Source: Chitinophagales bacterium
GTDB taxonomy: Bacteria > Bacteroidota > Bacteroidia > Chitinophagales > JADIYW01
Direction: 5' to 3'
Length of the DNA: 64,000 bases
NCBI GenBank assembly: GCA_023957235.1
Contig: JAMLHI010000002.1
Coordinates: 13,836-77,835, forward strand
Part shown: in pieces, positions 57,878 to 64,000 of the stretch
How positions within the stretch are numbered: position 1 is the stretch's first letter
Layout: each line of letters begins with the position of its first letter
Translations under genes and position numbers: made by a program
The notes under the pieces: model-generated
What the model saw: the letters and a program-made list of their open reading frames with translations, nothing else
What the model was told of the DNA's origin: nothing
Database searches by the model: none

Positions 57878-58471
57878 ATGCAGGAGAAAATTGAATTAAA
57901 TCAAGATTTTTGGAATGGGCTTTGGAAAAATTCATTAACTGGCTGGGATATAGGGGCTGCTTCTCCCCCTATTTCAGAGTTTATGAATCAATATCCAGAT
58001 AAAGATGCGAAAATTCTTATTCCTGGATGTGGCAATGCTTATGAAGCTGATTTTTTAGTCAGTAATGGTTTTACAAACATTACTTTAATAGACATAGCTC
58101 CTATTGCAGCCGAAAATCTAAAAAATAAATTTCTAAATACTCCTCAAATCCACGTAATATGTGGGGATTTTTATCAGCTTGAAGATCAATATGATATCAT
58201 CATTGAACAAACTTTCTTTTGTACTTTTTATCCTGAAGATAGAAGAAACTATGCAAGTAAAGCAGCTTCGCTATTGAAAGAAAATGGTGAGATAATTGGT
58301 GTATTATTTGACAGGGAATTTGGTAATTCCCATCCTCCATTTGGTGGGAATAAAGCAGATTATATTCAAATTTTTTCCGAATATTTTGATATCATAAAAA
58401 TTGAAAAATGCTATAACAGCATAAGTCCAAGAGCCAATAGCGAATTATTTATACGACTAAGAAAAAAATAA
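57878..58471 (+). CDS. TPMT-family SAM-dependent methyltransferase (thiopurine/thiol/halide methyltransferase-like)
   Basis: FWNGLWKNSLTGWDIG...P.. N-terminal TPMT block and ILIPGCGNAYEADFL SAM motif I. 197 aa. Confidence 0.75.
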   Translation: MQEKIELNQDFWNGLWKNSLTGWDIGAASPPISEFMNQYPDKDAKILIPGCGNAYEADFLVSNGFTNITLIDIAPIAAENLKNKFLNTPQIHVICGDFYQLEDQYDIIIEQTFFCTFYPEDRRNYASKAASLLKENGEIIGVLFDREFGNSHPPFGGNKADYIQIFSEYFDIIKIEKCYNSISPRANSELFIRLRKK

Positions 58472-58472
58472 A

Positions 58473-58679
58473 ATGAAAAAAAATTTCAGTAAATATTATT
58501 TATATCTCATCGGAGCAGTTGTAGGAGCAGTCGCAGGATTCGCCTATTGGTATTTCATCGGCTGCACATCAGGCACTTGTATGATTACTTCCAAACCTGT
58601 CAATAGCACTTTATATGGAGCTATGATGGGTAGTTTGTTTTTTTCAATATTTCAAAAAGAAAAAAGTTCAACCTTATGA
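58473..58679 (+). CDS. small two-TM membrane protein with GCTSGTC motif (DUF6132-like)
   Basis: 68 aa, two hydrophobic helices flanking [11 protein letters not shown]. One nt after the methyltransferase stop, and ATGA overlap with trx. Confidence 0.65.
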   Translation: MKKNFSKYYLYLIGAVVGAVAGFAYWYFIGCTSGTCMITSKPVNSTLYGAMMGSLFFSIFQKEKSSTL

Positions 58680-58969
58680 AATTTAACGAAATAATTAATT
58701 CGGACAAACCAGTTTTAGTTGATTTTTTTGCTACTTGGTGTGGTCCATGCAAAATGATGCCTCCTATACTTTCTGATTTAAAAAAACGAGTTGGAGATAA
58801 AGTAACCATCATCAAAATAGATGTGGACAAAAACCCTAAAGTAGCAGCTCAATATAAAATCCAGAGCGTACCGACCCTTATGATATTTAAAAATGGATAT
58901 CCAAAATGGCGACAATCTGGTGTAGTCCCCGCCAATCAATTAGAAAAAATTATTCAAGCTAATCAATAA
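58676..58969 (+). CDS. trxA: thioredoxin
   Basis: 97 aa. [16 protein letters not shown]...VD.NP..A..Y.I.SVPTL..FKNG. Confidence 0.92.
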   Translation: MKFNEIINSDKPVLVDFFATWCGPCKMMPPILSDLKKRVGDKVTIIKIDVDKNPKVAAQYKIQSVPTLMIFKNGYPKWRQSGVVPANQLEKIIQANQ

Positions 58970-58973
58970 ATAT

Positions 58974-59675
58974 ATGACAAGGATTTTCTTATTATTATTT
59001 CTAGCTTTCCAATCATGTGGAGCTCAGACCAATAGCCCTTCTTCTAACTATCAGATTTTGGATGTGAAAGAATTTTCAGAAGCTGTGAAAGATGGAGCAA
59101 AAGTTCAATTAATAGATGTTAGAACTCCCGGAGAGTATAGTCAAGGGCATATTACTGATGCACAAAATTTTGATTGGAATGGCCAATATTTTGATTTGCA
59201 AATTTCAAACCTAGACAAATCTCAACCTGTATATATTTATTGTTTGAGTGGTGGGAGAAGTGCTTCTGCAGCAAAAAAAATGGTCAATGAAGGTTTTACT
59301 ATCTATGAATTAAAAGGTGGTATAAATAATTGGAGAGCCAATAATATGCCTGAAATTGCTCAATCAGCAGTATCTAAAGGCATGTCAATGGATGATTTTA
59401 ATAAAATCATAACAGATGAACGTCTTGTTCTTGTAGATTTTTATGCAGAATGGTGCGCCCCTTGCAAAAAAATGAGTCCTTATTTTGATAATATTTCTAA
59501 AGCACTGAACGATAAAGTAAAAGTTGTCCGTATAGATATAGATGCTAATAGAGAATTAGGTAAAAAATTAAATATTACTAGCCTCCCTGTTGTTAAACTT
59601 TATAAAGGTAATGAAGTGGTATGGGAAAAAGTCGGTTATGCTAGTGAAGAAGAGATGAAGGCACAGATTAAATAG
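58974..59675 (+). CDS. secreted rhodanese-thioredoxin fusion protein
   Basis: Signal peptide. Rhodanese half with LIDVRTPGEY..GHI and active-site YCLSGGRS. Thioredoxin half with VLVDFYAEWCAPCKKM. Confidence 0.85.
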   Translation: MTRIFLLLFLAFQSCGAQTNSPSSNYQILDVKEFSEAVKDGAKVQLIDVRTPGEYSQGHITDAQNFDWNGQYFDLQISNLDKSQPVYIYCLSGGRSASAAKKMVNEGFTIYELKGGINNWRANNMPEIAQSAVSKGMSMDDFNKIITDERLVLVDFYAEWCAPCKKMSPYFDNISKALNDKVKVVRIDIDANRELGKKLNITSLPVVKLYKGNEVVWEKVGYASEEEMKAQIK

Positions 59676-59695
59676 CATATTACCCAATATTTTTA

Positions 59696-59730
59696 AAGAC
59701 ACTCTAGATCATCTAGAGTGTCTTTTTTTT
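59696..59730 (+). terminator. strong rho-independent terminator ending the rhodanese/thioredoxin operon
   Basis: AAGACACTCTAGA-tca-TCTAGAGTGTCTT perfect 13-bp stem followed by a T-tract running to 59730 (TTTTTT). Confidence 0.9.
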
Positions 59731-59790
59731 GAATACTTATGTTTTACAGAAAAATTGGAATATCTTTGAAAACAATAAAACAAATTTATC

Positions 59791-60213
59791 ATGCTAACAG
59801 GTATAACTCATTTACATTCCACACTTGCCATTCTAGTGATTCTGGCACTTTTGTTAAGTATTATTTATGCATTTATTAGCAAACCTATCAACGAGAAAGT
59901 AAGAAAAATTGCTAAAATTTCAATGATAATACTTCATATTCAATTTTTAGTAGGATTAATTCTTTATTTCATTTCACCATTGGGATTTTTTGCATTATCA
60001 AGAGCATCAATGAGTAATTCAGAATCAAGATTTTTTTTCTTAGAGCATCCATTTGTTGGATTGCTAGCTGTAATTACTGTTACAATAGGTCATGCTAAAC
60101 TTAAGAGATCAGATGATAGTAGTGCTTCTAAAGCTATATTACTTTATTATGGAATTGGGCTTTTATTAATCTTGTCAAGAGTTCCATGGAGTTCATGGAG
60201 CATATTGAACTAA
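59791..60213 (+). CDS. hypothetical 4-TM membrane protein
   Basis: 140 aa with four hydrophobic segments and conserved-looking His residues (THLHS, HIQF, EHP, GHAK). No family assigned. Confidence 0.6.
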   Translation: MLTGITHLHSTLAILVILALLLSIIYAFISKPINEKVRKIAKISMIILHIQFLVGLILYFISPLGFFALSRASMSNSESRFFFLEHPFVGLLAVITVTIGHAKLKRSDDSSASKAILLYYGIGLLLILSRVPWSSWSILN

Positions 60214-60235
60214 TAATTTGTTCCAATTTCAATAC

Positions 60236-60279
60236 AAAGTACATTTTGAAAACACTCTTCGTTCAAAATGTACTTTTTT
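60236..60279 (+). terminator. strong rho-independent terminator
   Basis: AAAGTACATTTTGAA-(11 nt)-TTCAAAATGTACTTT perfect 15-bp stem, then TTT. Confidence 0.85.
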
Positions 60280-60481
60280 CATTTTAGGTAAAAAATTAAC
60301 CCCTAATCCTTAAAAGAATATACTTCATCAAATTTTATAGGAAACTGTTGCTCACACATCCTACAATGCTATATTTTCTAAATAGCAAATCCACAAAACA
60401 GTACCGAAATCATCTTCATTTCACTAGGCTGAAAATAATTATCTTCTACTAATATCCCCCAAAAGAGTTAAAGACATAAAA

Positions 60482-60511
60482 AGCTATTAGCGTGGTGCTA
60501 ATAGCTTTTTA
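60482..60511 (-). terminator. rho-independent (bidirectional-looking) terminator after the RND pump gene
   Basis: AGCTATTAGC-gtggt-GCTAATAGCT 10-bp stem flanked by A-run/T-run on both sides. Lies 26 nt past the acrB-like stop. Confidence 0.8.
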
Positions 60512-60536
60512 TCTGATACAATAGTATGCTTAAAAA

Positions 60537-63500
60537 TTATTCTTCAATAGAAACTTTTTTCTTTCTTCCCCACCATGCTTTAAAATCATCCACAACCATA
60601 TACATAACTGGAACAATAATAATGGTAAAGAACATAGAAGAAGTCAAACCACCAATTAATATCCATGCCAATCCATTCTTCCATTCTGCACCTTCACCCC
60701 TAGCCAAAGCAACAGGAATCATTGCAATTACCATTGCAATAGTGGTCATTAAAATAGGGCGAAAACGTTCAGTAGCCGCTTCAATGACCGCTTCAGGGTA
60801 TGCCATGCCTTGCTTTTTCAGATGATTGGCAAAATCGACAATCAAAATAGCATTTTTCACTACTAAACCCACTAACATTATGACTCCCAACATTCCAAAT
60901 ATTGACATGTTTTCCAAGCTCAGTGCCAATGCCAAAAATGCCCCTATCAAAGCTACTGGAACCGAAAACATAACTACAAATGGATAAGCATAAGATTCGT
61001 ATAAAGCTACCATGATTAAATATACCAATACCAAGGAAATACCTAAAGCCATACCCATACTTGCACCAGCTTCAGCCTGATATTTATACTCACCAATCAT
61101 TGTAGCTGAAACTCCTTTAGGAAAGTTCATTGATTCTAATTTTGCATTGATTTCATCAAGCACCACTCCATTGGCAACACCTGAAATTTGGGAAGTCAAT
61201 TTCACAGATGGTACTTTATCAAATCTTTCTAGCTGAGAAGGACCTGAAGCTAATTGTACATCAGCAAATTGCTCCAGTCTTATCAACTCTCCTGATTTAT
61301 TCATCACGCTCACTTGTTTGATAGACTCTATATTCTTTCTATCCAAATCATCTAACCTAATATTGATATCGTATTCATCCTGTCCATCCCTGAATTTGCT
61401 ATCCGTATTGCCGGAAAAGGAATATTGTAAAGTTGCACCTAATGATGCCAAATCCACTCCTAAATCAGCCATCTTCTTACGGTTCAAATTGACTTTCACT
61501 TCCGGCTTTCCATCTTCAATAGATTTTTTTACTTCAACAGTACCTGCAACACCTCTTATCAATGCCATTACACTATCTCCATAAGCCAAAACTTCTGGCA
61601 AATCTGTTCCTTGAACCATCACCTGAACTGGCGCATCTCCACTTCCTGCCATTTGTACTGCCTTCACTCTAAATTCTACACCTGGATATTTATAGAATAA
61701 TTCCTTTTTCAAAACAATTGCAAATTCATCAACAGATATATCTCTCTTTGACATATTGACCATCTTGCCATTAAACTCTACAATATTAGGAGTTGCCTGA
61801 GTGGACATCATTCCAGAAGACTCAACACCAACAGTAGTAAATATCGAAACCATTTCAGGTTTTGACATCACAAACTCTTCAATTTCTAGAGATAATTCGT
61901 TGGTTTTTTCTATAGGTGTTTCATCTGGCAATTCTGCTACCAAAATAAATTCTCCGCTATCACCATTCTTGACAAATTCTTGACCAATAAATCCAAAGGC
62001 AAATAATGAGAATGAAGCAAATACCAAAGATAAAATTGAGATAACAGTAATCGTTTTATGTTTTAATGTCCAATGCAAAATTGACAAGTAAACGCTTCTA
62101 ACACCCATAATAAATCTTTCAAACCAGATAATCGGCTTGTCCAAAATGCTATTCTCATCTAAATGCACCAATTTTGCATACCTTGAAGCAAGTAAAGGCG
62201 TAACTGTAAATGATACCAACAATGAAACTCCTGTCGCAAAAGCGACCACAATAGAGAAAGCTTTCATCATATCTGACATCATTCCTTCGACAAAACCGAT
62301 AGGAAGGAATACCACAATAATGACTAAAGTAATAGAAGCCACAGACATTCCTATTTCATCCCATGATTTTATTGAAGCCTCTAACGGTGATAGTCCTTTT
62401 TCAAGATGCGAATAAATATTTTCAATCACCACAATAGAGTCATCAACTAAAATACCAATCACTAAAGTCAATGCTAACAAAGTCATCAAATTGAGAGTAA
62501 ATCCCATGACATTCATAATAATAAATGTCGTAACAATTGACAAAGGAATTGACACCATTACAATAAATGCATTTCTTAAACTATGTAAGAAAAACAACAT
62601 AATGACAGCCACTAAAACCACTGCTATCATTAAGTCATGAGTGACCGCATCTGCAGCAGCAAGGGTATAATCTGAACTATCATAAGCAATTTTAAATTTC
62701 AAATTTTGTTCGGCATAAGTGGCTTCTAGTTCAGCTATTTTTTCCTTGACATGTTCTGAAACGGCTACAGCATTCCCATCTTTCTGTTTGACGATCATAA
62801 GAGCAACTGAAGGAATACCATTAATACGAGAAACGGTTTCAACATCTTTTATACCATCATAAACATCTGCGACATCATAGAGATAGATAGGAAGATTATC
62901 CTGCCCTGAATTGGCAACAATCAGATTTCTGATATCTTCTACATTATTAAACTTACCTCCAAGACGAATTTGATATTGAGCAGTTTCGTTTTTAATCTTT
63001 CCTGTAGGAAAATCCATATTAGAAGTTGCTATCGCATTGGTAACTTGTAATAAACTAATACCGTATGACTCCAACTTTTTCATATTGACATTGACGCGTA
63101 TTTCTCTGACTGTATTACCCACAACAGATAATTTTGCAACTCCTTCAACTCTTGCCAAGTCTGGATTGATTTTATTATTTAACAAATCATTCAAATCTAC
63201 TGGATTCATATTAGATGTTACTCCAAGTTTGATGATCGGCATATCATCAAATGAAAATTTATCTAACGCTGGATCTTTGACATCATCAGGAAGTTTGGAG
63301 CGTATAGCATTGATTTTTCTTTGAGCATTCTGCAAAGAAACATCTGCATTGGTTCCATGTTTGAATTTGATGATGATCAATGAAGCTCCTTCTAATGAAT
63401 AGGACTGCAATTCATCAATATTTTCCAAACCTGATACTTCATTCTCAATTAATTTAGTAACAGTACTTTCTACCTCCCCAGGTCCTGCACCAGGATATAC

Positions 63501-63647
63501 AGTAGTGACCATCACTACTGGGAAACTCATTTCTGGTAATAATTCATATTTCAATGAGCTATAGCTTATCATACCAAAAAAAGCTAATACGGTAAAAATC
63601 ACAACAACAAGCGTTGGTCTTTTTACGGATAAAGACGTTATAGACAT
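60537..63647 (-). CDS. RND multidrug efflux transporter permease (AcrB/HAE1-like)
   Basis: 1036 aa, 12-TM/two large periplasmic loop architecture. MSITSLSVKRPTLVVV, ...LVIGILVDDSIVVIENI..., ...LVGLVVKNAILIVDFA. Confidence 0.93.
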   Translation of the reverse strand: MSITSLSVKRPTLVVVIFTVLAFFGMISYSSLKYELLPEMSFPVVMVTTVYPGAGPGEVESTVTKLIENEVSGLENIDELQSYSLEGASLIIIKFKHGTNADVSLQNAQRKINAIRSKLPDDVKDPALDKFSFDDMPIIKLGVTSNMNPVDLNDLLNNKINPDLARVEGVAKLSVVGNTVREIRVNVNMKKLESYGISLLQVTNAIATSNMDFPTGKIKNETAQYQIRLGGKFNNVEDIRNLIVANSGQDNLPIYLYDVADVYDGIKDVETVSRINGIPSVALMIVKQKDGNAVAVSEHVKEKIAELEATYAEQNLKFKIAYDSSDYTLAAADAVTHDLMIAVVLVAVIMLFFLHSLRNAFIVMVSIPLSIVTTFIIMNVMGFTLNLMTLLALTLVIGILVDDSIVVIENIYSHLEKGLSPLEASIKSWDEIGMSVASITLVIIVVFLPIGFVEGMMSDMMKAFSIVVAFATGVSLLVSFTVTPLLASRYAKLVHLDENSILDKPIIWFERFIMGVRSVYLSILHWTLKHKTITVISILSLVFASFSLFAFGFIGQEFVKNGDSGEFILVAELPDETPIEKTNELSLEIEEFVMSKPEMVSIFTTVGVESSGMMSTQATPNIVEFNGKMVNMSKRDISVDEFAIVLKKELFYKYPGVEFRVKAVQMAGSGDAPVQVMVQGTDLPEVLAYGDSVMALIRGVAGTVEVKKSIEDGKPEVKVNLNRKKMADLGVDLASLGATLQYSFSGNTDSKFRDGQDEYDINIRLDDLDRKNIESIKQVSVMNKSGELIRLEQFADVQLASGPSQLERFDKVPSVKLTSQISGVANGVVLDEINAKLESMNFPKGVSATMIGEYKYQAEAGASMGMALGISLVLVYLIMVALYESYAYPFVVMFSVPVALIGAFLALALSLENMSIFGMLGVIMLVGLVVKNAILIVDFANHLKKQGMAYPEAVIEAATERFRPILMTTIAMVIAMIPVALARGEGAEWKNGLAWILIGGLTSSMFFTIIIVPVMYMVVDDFKAWWGRKKKVSIEE

Positions 63648-63672
63648 AATCTTTTATAAATCAATTAACAAG

Positions 63673-64000
63673 CTATTTAACTACAGATACTTTCACCCCT
63701 TCACGAAGATTAATTTGTCCCATGACAACAACTTGTGCATTGGTTTGAAGGCCATTTTTGACCTCAATATTATTTCCTTGATATGCACCTACTTGAATTG
63801 GGGTCAATTGAACTGTACTATCCGATTGTACAACATATACCTTAGCATCATTTACACTTCCAACAATTGCACTACGTGGTATAAAAATCGCATCTGTTAC
63901 TGACAGATTATCAAATTTGACAACTCCATTCATACCAGCTCTAAATTGATTATTGACATTGACTAGATCTATCTCCACTTCAAATTTTCTAGAATTATCT
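63673..64000 (-). CDS. RND efflux periplasmic adaptor (MFP) subunit, C-terminal part; continues past window end
   Basis: The frame stays open upstream of the track's GTG to position 64000 (...DNSRKFEVEIDLVNVNN...). ...IPRSAI.......VYVV......V....I.VG........EV..GL......VV..GQ..L.EG..V is a typical MFP C-terminus. Sits 25 nt upstream of the RND permease. Confidence 0.85.
   Translation of the reverse strand, partial: DNSRKFEVEIDLVNVNNQFRAGMNGVVKFDNLSVTDAIFIPRSAIVGSVNDAKVYVVQSDSTVQLTPIQVGAYQGNNIEVKNGLQTNAQVVVMGQINLREGVKVSVVK

Noticed and set aside
996-63903. Numerous 60-160-aa ORFs antisense to or nested in long genes (e.g. 996-1274, 1731-2075, 12413-12769, 13218-13493, 25005-25364, 32062-32298, 40060-40395, 44868-45338, 60526-60825, 63037-63324)
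   Set aside because: All lie inside strongly supported genes on the opposite strand or in another frame. Their Ile/Phe/Ser/Leu-rich compositions are typical of shadow ORFs in AT-rich DNA, and they lack motifs.
1-64000. CRISPR arrays, tRNA/rRNA genes, transposases/integrases, prophage or known defence-system genes
   Set aside because: Reading all spacers and the ORF list, I found no regularly spaced direct repeats, no tRNA-like T-arm/acceptor patterns, no DDE/tyrosine-recombinase motifs and no nuclease/ATPase defence signatures other than the edge toxin. This was a by-eye scan only, so short or degenerate elements could be missed.

Overview
Gene-dense, low-GC chromosomal segment, about one third GC by eye. 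It looks like a Bacteroidota genome (Flavobacteriia/Cytophagia-like). Supporting markers are a GldH-like gliding lipoprotein, the panC<>short glycogen synthase-DUF4270-glmS block, a TonB-dependent receptor next to a DUF5689-type lipoprotein, many LxxC lipoproteins and TAnnTTTG-like -7 boxes. I can support about 62 protein genes, almost all housekeeping: hisGDC, exbBD/tonB-like, folC, recQ, rnr, ligA, glmS, panCD, mutS, lipB, an acyl-CoA dehydrogenase and an RND efflux pump. By eye I found no rRNA, tRNA, CRISPR array, transposase, integrase or recognisable defence island, so most of the window is ordinary core genome. The only accessory-looking part is the left ~3 kb: a window-truncated RelE/ParE toxin missing from the ORF track, an ORF-free stretch, an OmpA/lipoprotein pair, and a decayed K/A-rich gene with an A_AAA_AAG slip site. 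The most system-like candidates are all inference from gene content. (a) A tight 5-gene rhodanese / TPMT-like methyltransferase / CxxxxC mini-membrane protein / thioredoxin / rhodanese-thioredoxin operon (57.5-59.7 kb). (b) A secreted EEP nuclease divergent from a TonB-dependent receptor plus DUF5689 lipoprotein (27.4-32.5 kb), a possible extracellular nucleic-acid capture/import locus. (c) A 6-gene OsmC/CMD/DinB/AhpD/SDR/DUF488 redox cluster (3.1-5.9 kb). All functional calls come from motif recognition by eye. No database search was run.
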